A DNA stretch of 37,616 nt, from assembly GCF_001194135.2 (NCBI RefSeq), contig NC_068986.1, forward strand, positions 102,193,942 to 102,231,557. Direction: 5' to 3'. The DNA is from Octopus bimaculoides (lineage: Eukaryota). Below the pieces are notes generated by a model. That model made no database searches, was not told where the DNA came from, and saw only the letters and a list, made by a program, of their open reading frames with translations. Position 1 is the stretch's first letter. Each line of letters begins with the position of its first letter. Below, in pieces: positions 22,531 through 33,452 of this stretch. A program made the position numbers and the translations under genes.

Positions 22531-23908
22531 GGTGGAACAACCTGAAATGCCTGAGGATTAATATTTTTGTTTTTAGCCAATTTATAAGATATTTGATTAC
22601 AGAATGTTAACGGGATTTGTTGAAAGGTGGAAGGGTTTAATGAATATGGTACATAAGAAACGGACTACTCTGAGCAGGCTCCTGTATATCGGGAAAAGGA
22701 TACTAGTGAGTGTGTTTACCCTTGAGATGCAGAGACGATCACTGCTTATCATTGCTTTCAGAGAAATGTTTAGTTGAAATATTATTGTTACTTGATTTTG
22801 TCAACAGATGATTCAAACATCACACACGCACCCATATCATATTTGCATTTTGCTCTCCATTGTATCTTCATCTTCATTTGAACACGTATGGCTGGTTCAG
22901 TAATCATCATCACCGTTGTCATCATCATCGTGGTCATTGTCGTTGTCTTCCTGCGTCAAATATTATATTTTGTCAATTATCTTTTGAGATTGAATATTAT
23001 CTGTGTTATTTACACCATCTCGACAGGTGTTAATGATCAGAAACTTTCGTCCAATTGTCTGAAGATTCATGATCTTTTACTCAGGAAAGATACAGTATGG
23101 ATTTTTCGTTGCCACTTAGACTATATTTGAATTTTGCAATAGCAGGTTTCAAATATGAAATTCCAGCTTTTATAGTTCAGTTAAGGCGCCTAATTGCGGG
23201 AACTGGTTCCCGCGGAAAGGCCTTTTTATGATCCAGTAGTAATTGTGTGACACGTTTCCAGGTAACCCTAACAGTGACCATTGGCATTTAGTACGACTCC
23301 GTCTGAAAATGAACGTGGAGTTTGTTTTGTCTAAAGCGTAAGTCGATACTCACCGATTGATTTGTACCCGCACTCTAGAATTTCATTTGTAGCTATACAA
23401 TAATATTCTCAGTAGAACAAATTCTATCCAAGAAAAAAAAAAATGTTAATCACAGTCCATAACAACCATGACTACGATTCCTAAGTATTAAACGTCTTTT
23501 ATGGGCAATATTATACGTATTTAATATTTCTAAGTTAATAATCCATACGCTACTGCCATATTTAGATGGCAGTTTTTAAATGCTAAATTATCAGTCTATA
23601 TTTATATTGATATTTATAAAATAAGTTATGTTTGATTCGAATATGAAACATTTTTTCTACCTGGAGATTAAATTGTGTAGCTAGACATATATAGAGAAAC
23701 TTTCCAATGCTATCTTGTCTGCGAGAATATTTAAATATTGCTGGTTTGCGTCGTTCTGTTAGATGCAAAATTATAAAATCGAGATGTCACCTCAATAAAG
23801 AATTTCCTTACACAACAAAATCTCAAAGTTTAACACAAAACTACTTTCGATAAAAGGCATTTTTTAAATACATTTTTCACCTATATTTATTAGTATTACT
23901 CTACGTAA

Positions 23909-24120
23909 AGCAACGAGCTAGCAGAATTGTTAGCACACCCGGCGAAATGCTTAGCGGCATTTCGTGTGTCTTTACGTCCTGAGGTCAAATTTCAATGCAC
24001 TCGACTTTGCGTTTCATGCTTTCGAGTTCGAACATTAAGTACCAGTTGCGCACTGAGGTGAATCTAATCGAGTGTCCCCCTCCCTCAAAATTTTGTGACT
24101 TGTGCCTGGAGCAGAAAGAA
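23909..24120 (+). mobile_element. SINE family A, near full length
   Basis: 'gagctagcagaattgttagcacacccggcgaaatgcttagcggcatttcg..ttaagtaccagttgcgcactg..ttgtgcct'. Confidence 0.9.
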
Positions 24121-24126
24121 AAAACC

Positions 24127-24313
24127 TTAGCACGCCGGGGAAAATGCTTAGCAGCGTTCCGTTTGTTAATACGTTCTGAGTTTAAATTCCGCCTTTCATC
24201 GTCGCGCAGGGGCGGGAGTCGGTAAAAGAAGCCCCGGTTGAGCACATGGGTTAATGCAATCGACACATCTCTCCCCTGAAATTCCTGACCGTATTGAAAG
24301 CAAATTGAAACCA
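24127..24313 (+). mobile_element. SINE family A, second copy head-to-tail with the previous one
   Basis: 'ttagcacgccggggaaaatgcttagcagcg..acgttctgagtttaaattccgcc'. Confidence 0.82.
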
Positions 24314-24552
24314 GAAGCGAACGAAATCAACGCGTTAGTTTAAATTGTCCGTGAGAACATTCTGGGCTTTCGCTTTCTTTTCATGCATTATGGCCATTGT
24401 ATTAAAATTACTGAAAAAACGTCGAAACAGTAAGACTAATAGGAAGGATCAAGAAGGGTTCGAAATAGGGAACAAAATACAACAGATAGTCGTTATAAAA
24501 ATATTTTCTGATAACGTGCGTAAATCATTTAAGAAATACATATATCGTTGCT

Positions 24553-24758
24553 AATATAGGCACAAGGTCTGAAATTTGGTGGAGGAGGTTAGTTGATCAT
24601 ATCGACCCCAGTGTTCAACTAGCATTTATTCTATCGACTTTGAGGGGATGAAAAGCAAGGTCGACCCCGGCGGAATTTGAACTGAGAACGCAGTGACAGG
24701 TGGAATTCCGTAAGCATTTTGTCCAGCGCGTTAATGATTCTGCTAGCTCACCGCCTTT
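24553..24758 (-). mobile_element. SINE family A, reverse orientation
   Basis: 'ggatgaaaagcaaggtcgaccccggcggaatttgaactgagaacg..tgattctgctagctcaccgcc'. Confidence 0.9.
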
Positions 24759-25695
24759 AAGAAATATATTTATAGATATCAGGAGTTGTGTTTTAGGGAA
24801 AACTTGAACTCAGAGTACCACTGAACGAAGGACAACATCTGTTATATTGCGCTCTTTTTAGAAAAATATTTCGAACACATTTGTTTATTGAAATGAAAAT
24901 ATTGTAAATATTTTTGCTTATTTATTATTAAAATTATTTAATCTGCATATTTATTTCAACGGGTACTGAAATAAGAGTATCCGGATTATGGCAGAGAAAT
25001 ACATTTCTTGCTATATATATATATAAACAAACAAAAAAAAAACAGGCAAAACTTTTCATAATTTTAAATTACCACGCGTTTATAAAGTAAATGAATGGAG
25101 GATATTTACAGAGCAATGTAATAATGAAAGGAACATTCTAAAATGTTAAGTAGTGTGCTGACAAGATAGTTGATCGACTACATGTTTATACAACATGTAA
25201 TATTTTAAACGATCAAATGGCCACTCGGATACAATATTAGTCATGTGGATATTGATAGCTGCCAGGCCGGCTTCCTAGACACGGAAAATATTAAATACGA
25301 AATGAAATTCTTGTATCAATTCTTAATAACATATTAAAATTATTTAAGTTTTATTAGCAATACACGCCAGGTTTATTAAGATAATATAATGAGATAGTTT
25401 TCATACCGTCTTCAATATTCATATACCTGTGGACAATGTATTACTACTATTTTCGTTCATTTCCTGGCTAATATACACATTAATAAAGATGCTTAATAAT
25501 AGATTGTATAGAGATTTGTATTTATTTAGTAGTATCAAGTATCATTTTTATTCGTTTATGTAACTTTTTCCTTTTGGACTTCGATTGTTATTGCTTTGAA
25601 AGTAATATTTATACAACTGCTTCTGTCTTCAATTGCTAATTCCTGGTATCTCTATTTCCATAAATTTTACAGTAAAAACAAAATCCCCTATCCAT

Positions 25696-25831
25696 GGGTG
25701 GCTGTGTGGTAAGAAGCTGATTTCCCAACCTCATGATTCCAGGTTCAGTCCCACTGCATGAAACCTTAGGCTAATGCTTTCTGAGTGGATTGTGACTGGA
25801 TTTGGTTCATAGAGACTGAGAGAAGCCCGTC

Positions 25832-25900
<69 letters not shown>

Positions 25901-26129
25901 TGTGTGTATGTGTGTGTGTGTGTGTGCGTGCGTGTCTGTGTTTGTCCCCACTCCATCGCTTGACAAACGATGTTGGTCTGTTTACGTCTCCGTAACTTAT
26001 TGGTTCAGCAAAAGAGACCCATAGAATAAGTACTAGGCTTACAAAGATTCAGTCCTGAGGTCGATTTCTTAGACTAAGGGTGGTACATCAGCATGGCCGT
26101 AGTCAAATGAATGAAACAAGTAAAAAAGT
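25696..26129 (+). mobile_element. SINE family B with an internal (TA)n(TG)n array
   Basis: Homologous to 4341-4905 on both sides of the microsatellite. Confidence 0.92.
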
Positions 26130-26942
26130 TTAAGAATCATATTTTTGAAGCTTATGTATTAAGAAAGGATTTCTTTTTGTTTCGCTAAGCTTTTCGGTAG
26201 CAATTTAGCCGTGAAGGTTTCAAAACCCTAGGCTAATAAATGTATCGTTCAACTACGGTAGTAGCTGAATAATATTCTTCAGGACTCAATTTACGCACAC
26301 GCAGCATCTTTTAGAGCTTGTTGCTAATTTAGTTATTAACCAAATGGAAGACTGTTAGCATATTTGAAGAGATCTTGTCCCTACATACATTTTGGCATAA
26401 CAAAATGAGATTTGGTCCAGTAGAAAAAAACCTTACATCAAAATTTGTAGCAACGTTATAGCAGAGTAAGTAACGCCACCAATCAAGTTTAGGTCTAAAG
26501 AACATTTTTTTAAAGTAAATGAAAGCATAAAGAATTTCATAGTTTTGGTCGCATTGAACTAAAATTTTGTATCAAAACGTTTTGCGGTAAAATATCACGA
26601 AAAAATTATAAGTGAGGCAAAAAATTGGATTTAAGTATAATTACCATTTTTTATTTTATTTTCTAAGCAACGTTTAATTTAATTATTATTAAATGATAGA
26701 GCACAATTCTGGAAATTTCATGGTATCAATATCATGCATTGAAATGTTAAAAGAAAAATATTTTGAGTGCTTGTTTCTCAAATTTGAGGATGAAAATATG
26801 GTTGTATACTGTTTGTGTGTATAGTTCTAAAGGACTTTTATTATATGTCACCGGCATTATTGAGGGAAATAAAAAGTCATCAACGACACCGCTAATTAAC
26901 ATATTATTAATTAGCGTAATAGCATAGCCTGGAAAAAAAAAC

Positions 26943-27844
26943 ATGGATTATATGGAAATATACAAGCAAGAGAAATAATATTCTTAAGATTATAAATCTG
27001 GAAAGGTACAGGACAAGTTATTACACTTGAAGCAGTTCAAGACAAGTTATTACAGCTGGTAAAATAGAGACCAAGAAAGATTTACTTAAAATATTTCAGT
27101 TAAGGTTAAAATGTGAATATTAAAAATTATCTGCTTTTAATTTACAAAGTAACATTTCAATAATAAGAGGTACCATCATTTTCTTAAATTATTGACACAC
27201 TAGAATACTTGAAAAATGAGAGCCAGGATTACCAATATGGCTAAATTTTATGCAAAATAGAATTGTATATATAGTAAGGAAATTTCGTATATAAAATATA
27301 GGCATTGTTCAAGACTAAAAAGGTAAAGACTTGGCAATAACTTAGGCAATAACCGAAGCAAATGTTACTGTTAATTGTTTGTTATAGGTAGATTTTACTG
27401 TAATATATATCTAATGTTTGCATTATGCGATTTATTGTACTAACTAATTATGTACTAGTATTATTTTTATAACCTCTTTTGTAATTTCTAATTATTAATT
27501 AATAATTAAAAAAATGAATTTTTAAGATACAAAAAATATTTTAATTGATTTATTATTTTTTTTTAATTTTTAATAGAAGTAACAAGTAATAAGAACGAGA
27601 AATAATAACTTGGAATAAAACTTTTAGTTTTCATAAAACCTAATATTTTCTAAATCTAGATATTTTATTAGAACTTTTATCCTTAGCTGTAATATTTTAA
27701 GTAAAGATATACTTGTTCTGTACTTTACGAGATGTGATAACCTGTCCTGGACTTTTCGAAGTGTAATAAATTGTCCTATACTTCTCCAGATTTATAAACT
27801 TAAGAATATTATTTCTCTTGCTCGCATTTTTCTATGTAATTCAT
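26943..27844. mobile_element. Long-TIR (about 190 bp) foldback or MULE-like non-autonomous element
   Basis: 26943-27132 aligns by eye with the reverse complement of 27658-27844, including a perfect 24-bp match (26965-26988 vs 27799-27822). The spacer is AT-rich and non-coding; no TSD found. Confidence 0.75.
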
Positions 27845-28883
27845 TAATGGCTAAGATCCTACAACCAGGGAAAATCTGACAAGTAGTTTCTTCCTACCGA
27901 TCACATATTGTTCCGATACTTAACTTTCTCTGCCACATTGTATGTTTATCCTCCTTGCTTCGAGGTTAATAGCCCTAACGCTTCACGCAGTAAACAAGTT
28001 CATGGTATCGTTTTGATCCCGAGACGATTTATCATGTTGCAAAATTCAGTGTTTATTACTTCATGTTAGTCATACACAGTTCATCCATCTTTAGCATTCT
28101 AAATCATCGTTCTTGTACCTTGGTCTTCGTTGATGAAAAACAAATATTTCATTTCTATTTTATTTGTCATCCACAGTTCTATACCTAAATAATATTGAAG
28201 CCACTAGCGAGAGTATTTGACTAAATTTTAAATCCGTACAAATACGCATCGTTATATCAGTAAAAAATACAATATTTCTTCCTCAGATTTGGAATGAAGT
28301 TATACAGCCACAATTGTTGATTTGCTCAGATCTCAAATATTATCCATCATAGAATTTTTGCCAGTTTCTTTTCATCATTTCCTTTTATATTGGGTTTTAT
28401 ATTTCAAATTTCCGTATTAGACTAATCAGTTACACATCATTTGCTTTTAAGTATGTGATTATTATGAATCTATTACGCTGTTGTCGCTTGCATCAGATCT
28501 CTTCTTTCATGTCGGTGCGATGGCAATATTTCATCCCTCTCAGATTTTCAGCGATAGCTTTGAAATACATCTGTACACACACACATTCAAATACATGCAC
28601 ACGCTCACATATATACACGAGTTTAATATTTTACGCACTGGGTTTGATTTAATCCACAGTTTCAGTTGTTTTTTTTATGCGTGAGTTTATTATCACTGTG
28701 ACAGTGAGATTATTTTATGAGTATTTTTTTTTGGAGCAGCTATATAACCTTTTATGAAATAATGTGACTCTTCTATATTACATATTTCTAAAAACCTTCT
28801 GTTCTGTCAATTATATATAAAGAGATACATCTTTAAGTATAAGTACAGAACTTCATGGTACCATACTCTGATGTTGGTGACGA

Positions 28884-30107
28884 CGAGCAGTTATCAAAAC
28901 GTTCCCGGACTAGTTTTGTAGTGCGCCAATAGATGGCAGCACACGGTTGCGTGCTGGGTGAGAACTAGTATTGACCTTCATGATGCAGTGTCCCGAAGAG
29001 CATCGGTGTGTTTACTGCGCATGTTGTGAAGTATATGTCTTTGTGATCACGTATATGCTGCAGTCTACGATTTTGTAATGCAAAGTATTTTGTAAAAATG
29101 AGCCAACGTGAAATTTTGCGTTAAACTTCGGAAGTCTGCAACAGAGACATTGGGCATGCTTCGGCAGGCTTAAGACGAAAAGGCAATGGGCCGTACGAAA
29201 TGATTCGAGTGGTACATGCGTTTCAGAAGAACATCCTTGGAAGAGGATGAGCGATTTGGAAGATCTGTCACGAGCTTCAAGCCTGCAAATGTGGGGAAAA
29301 TTCATCGCTTGAGCATGGGGATCGTTGGAGGAAAATCAACGACAATGCTGATGTTCTTAGTCTGCCGTATGGATCTTCGCAGGTAATCCTAACGTCTGAA
29401 TCGAACATGCGGCGTGTGCGGGCCAAGTGTGTCTATTGCTTGATGACCCATCTTTCATGTCGAGGATTATCACCGATGACGGGAGATGGGTCTACAGGTA
29501 AGACTGTCAGGTGAAGCAATAGCCGTCCCATGGAAGAACCCTTCATCTCCACGATCGAAGAAGTCACGATACAGTTGCACCTCAATCAAGAGCATGTCCA
29601 TCCTTTTCCTTGACATCTACGGTATTGTGCTTCGAGAATTCCTTCCCCATGGCCAAACCGTCAATCAAGAGTTCTAGCGGCGTTTTAAAGCGTTCGATGG
29701 GGGAAATTCAGTGAAAGTGCCCGGATCTGTGGAGCGCGAAGTATTGGATTCTTCACACTGGCAATGCACCCTGTCGACGAGTTCTTCTCACTCTGCAACC
29801 ACACTTCTCTTCTGCAGCGACACTATTCGCCAGATTTAGCAACTGCGGACTTCCCTCTCGTTCCCAAGATAACAATGCAAGCTCAAAGGTCGCCTATTTA
29901 ACACCGTTGGTGAGATCCAGAGCAGATCACTGAAGGACCCTAGAATCATTTATGGAAAACGATTTCAAAGAGGTTTCCAAAAGTTGAAGGAACGCTGGCA
30001 CCGGGGTATTGCTGGGCAGGGTTCCTTTTTCAAAGGAGATGATGTTAAAACGTAGGTTATTTTTTTATTAAACACAACTAGTCCGGAAAGTCGTTCATCG
30101 CACCTCG
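28884..30107 (+). mobile_element. Near full-length dead mariner (D,D34D-type transposase pseudogene)
   Basis: TIRs 'cgagcagttatcaaaacgttcccggactagtt' and 'aactagtccggaaagtcgttcatcgcacctcg|TA'. Peptides include ANVKFCVKLRKSATETLGML, RIITDDGRWVY, EFLPHGQTVNQEF, ILHTGNAP and YSPDLATADF. Confidence 0.96.
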
Positions 30108-30161
30108 TACATCTAATTCAATATTCGAAGTATATTAGCTAGCAGCGGGAAATTTAGACAG

Positions 30162-30462
30162 TGTCACGTGACAACTAGCTGGGGCTGCCTGCTGGAGCCT
30201 AGCAGCAGATATAAAAAGGTGAACTTGACACGACGATCAGTCGGACGCTGACACTCGTTGATGCTGCATCGAAGAGGCCAGGAAATAGAAGAAAGAAGAC
30301 ATGCACCCAACACCAGAGCTGAAGACACCTCCGAAAAGAGGGGCCCCGCCACGTCAAAACGGTAGAGGAGTAGGGGCCGAAACCGGACGTGGTTCCTCCG
30401 GATGATGTCTTCAGCTAACTGGATCCTATAAAGGAGCTGTTGTGGTAGCAGACCATGAAACA
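30162..30462 (+). mobile_element. LTR-like GC-rich segment (TG...CA, TATA-like box at 30210)
   Basis: Starts TGTCACGTGACA, contains TATAAAAAG and ends GAAACA. There is no TSD, so solo-LTR status is unconfirmed. Confidence 0.35.
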
Positions 30463-30965
30463 TGGTTGAAATTCCTCGGAATGTGTTGGCTGAATTTATG
30501 AACCATTTTTTGTAATATTTCCAAATAGGCGAAATGCGTTGAAACTATATTTAAGTTATCGAAATTGAAGAATTAAATCACCTTCCATACGCCACAGCAA
30601 CCGTAGTAATTGAAAACTTGATCAATTGAACATGTTTTCCATTTGCTTCTTGTTCAGAATATGTTATATAATACGACGCTGGGAACAATAAGTTACATTT
30701 ACGTGCTTACGGCGTTACACTGTTTTTCAACGCGTTCCTACTGATATATTCTGCTTCGCGTCTTTACACTGTTGAATATATTTCGTGTATATTATTTTAC
30801 ATTATATTTCAATGTCCATTGTAATATATGTGTCATCCGGTGTTCATTGCTCGTTTATGGCCTTAAACAAACATTAATGAGAATCATCTAACGAAATGAC
30901 AATAGCTTGATCTCCAGCAACCATTTACATCACTCACGGAACAAGAGCTTACTTCATCAACGAAT

Positions 30966-30973
30966 AATGATGG

Positions 30974-31018
<45 letters not shown>

Positions 31019-31054
31019 CCATGATGATGATGATGATCATGATGATGATGATGA
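30966..31054 (+). repeat. (GAT)n microsatellite
   Basis: Directly visible; source of the poly-Met and poly-Ile ORFs. Confidence 0.98.
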
Positions 31055-31799
31055 TATCGCCACCGCCACCACAACCAACCACACTAACACTATCATCGTC
31101 TTCATCTTCTTCGTTTTCTTCAATGATGTAACTGTACTTGCTAACTGGCTGAACAATTCTAAAGTAACCGTTAGCATATTCTTTCATACGCTACTTGTTT
31201 TCTCTTGTTTTCTCGCCGTAAATAATCCATTTACTTCCTTTGTTGATTAATTTACATGGAAACTAACATGCAATATTCGCTTGGACCTTCCCATTGATTA
31301 CGATCAAAAGGCAGGATTTCATGATCGTTAAATCATTTTGTTTTTTTCTTAAATTCTTAATGTCATTTAAAGAAACATGGATTACAAAAACATCATGTAA
31401 TGCTGAAGGTGAATGGAAGTGTGAAAAATGAGGCAATTAATACAAAGCTTGAGGAAGGATGTTATAATTACTAAACAGCATTGTGAAGGCACAACAAAAA
31501 ACTCTGCTTGAAGACATCCAGTTATGTTATCGTCTCAGTAATAATGACTCTTCATATAAATGCCTCACCAACTACATTACCCATCAACCTAACGAGTGAA
31601 TATGAAACATCAATTAAAAAAAAAATGTCTAATCGGCAGTTTGCTCATACCAAAGTTTACCGCAGGCCACCAACTTTAAAGGAGAAAAGCTTCCTTTATC
31701 GTATAGAATCCAATGCTTAATTGGTAATTATTTTATTATGATCAATGAAAAATTGCCTGGAATACTGACATTCAAATTCAATTGAGTATTCAGAAGAAG

Positions 31800-31980
31800 A
31801 GAGTGAAGCAAGTGGTAGTTCGCAGCAGCTGCAATAGGGATGAACGAAGAACAGTAGCAAGCGAATGCCCATCGGAGTACGATCTGTCATAATTCCCCTG
31901 TATAAATAAGATGGTAAATATGCAATATTGATCGACACTGACGAGCGTTGATTACAGAAGAGAAAGAGGTTTCATGTTTT
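31800..31980 (+). mobile_element. Possible degenerate RTE-clade APE endonuclease fragment
   Basis: Frame pieces AIGMNE / IPLYK*DGKYAILI / EEKEV resemble 'GINERxMTLRIPL..YATLISAYAPT..EEKExFY'. Confidence 0.3.
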
Positions 31981-32059
31981 ACGAATAAGTCAAGTGTATG
32001 AAGAAATGGAAATAATAAATAACGATATTAGCTGATGATATATGATTGTATTTGTCGTA

Positions 32060-32118
<59 letters not shown>

Positions 32119-32120
32119 CA

Positions 32121-32433
32121 GTGTGACTGTGTAGCAAGAAGCTTGCTTCCCAACCACATGGTTCCAAGTTCAATCTCACTGCATGCCACCTTGGGTTAGT
32201 ATCTGCTACTATAGCATTGGGCACACCAAAGCCTTGTAAGTGGATTTGGTAAGCATCGCTTGACAGTGGAGCTGGTGTTTACGTCCCCGTAACTGAGCGG
32301 TTCCACGAATAGACCGATAGAATAAGTTCCAGGCATTAAAATAATGTCCCGAAGTCGATTTGTTCGGCTAAGACACTTCAAAATGGTGCTCCAGCATTGC
32401 CACAATCAACTGATGACTGACACAAATGAAAGA
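32121..32433 (+). mobile_element. SINE family B lacking the central microsatellite module
   Basis: The 5' half joins the 3' half at gtggatttggta|agcatcgcttgac (32251/32252). Confidence 0.88.
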
Positions 32434-32820
32434 ATATGTATATATAGCCATCAGAAAACTTGACTAAAGGTGACAATAACACCAAGATTACTAGAAATAA
32501 GAGCTAACGTGCTTCAATACTGTTATAAAGAATACAACATATACTCAGATATTCCTTAGCGAATGTTTGTGACTGACCGGCCAGTTCCATTTTTTTTTTT
32601 CGTAGCCATCATGTGTAAGGCCTGTTCGTTCGGCTGATTCCGGGCTACCTCACCTTTCAGAGTATATATGTATATATAGCCATCAGAAAACTTGACTAAA
32701 GGTGACAATAACACCAAGATTACTAGAAATAAGAGCTAACGTGCTTCAATACTGTTATAAAGAATACAACATATACTCAGATATTCCTTAGCGAATGTTT
32801 GTGACTGACCGGCCAGTTCC
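32434..32820 (+). repeat. Identical 155-bp direct duplication, period 232 bp, abutting a gap
   Basis: 32434-32588 matches 32666-32820 base for base by eye. Confidence 0.92.
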
Positions 32821-33413
32821 NNNNNNNNNNNNNNNNNNNNNNNNNNNNNNNNNNNNNNNNNNNNNNNNNNNNNNNNNNNNNNNNNNNNNNNNNNNNNNNN
32901 NNNNNNNNNNNNNNNNNNNNNNNNNNNNNNNNNNNNNNNNNNNNNNNNNNNNNNNNNNNNNNNNNNNNNNNNNNNNNNNNNNNNNNNNNNNNNNNNNNNN
33001 NNNNNNNNNNNNNNNNNNNNNNNNNNNNNNNNNNNNNNNNNNNNNNNNNNNNNNNNNNNNNNNNNNNNNNNNNNNNGGTTATTTCTCAAAATACAATGTT
33101 TATATACCAAAAAGATTTTATAACATTTTTCTGACATAATTTAAATATATACTTTAACCATATAACACAAGTCTTCTGTAGTTTTTTCACTCTTATTATC
33201 TTATATATATATATAATTTTTCGAAACGCCGGAGTTTTAATGGTGGCAGCTGATGAAGGAGATGTTTCTATGTGGCCTGCTTGTTTGTTGCACCTTGTTT
33301 ACCATTTTATCCATGTTCTTTTGCCACGTCATGTACCCAGTTATGTATCTATATGTACGTGTAGATGAACGTATATACATACACGTACATATATATGCAT
33401 ATATCCATATATT

Positions 33414-33452
<39 letters not shown>

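Noticed and set aside
23354-23392. 39-nt minus-strand exon candidate (xTNEILECGYKSI, donor CG|GTGAGT)
   Set aside because: Phase 1-1 does not join the phase 0 acceptor at 21606, and it is short enough to be chance.
33217-33261. GAAAC..GTT followed by CTGATGA (possible type II permuted hammerhead)
   Set aside because: Stem I would have only 2 bp and stem II is mostly G-U pairs; not supportable.
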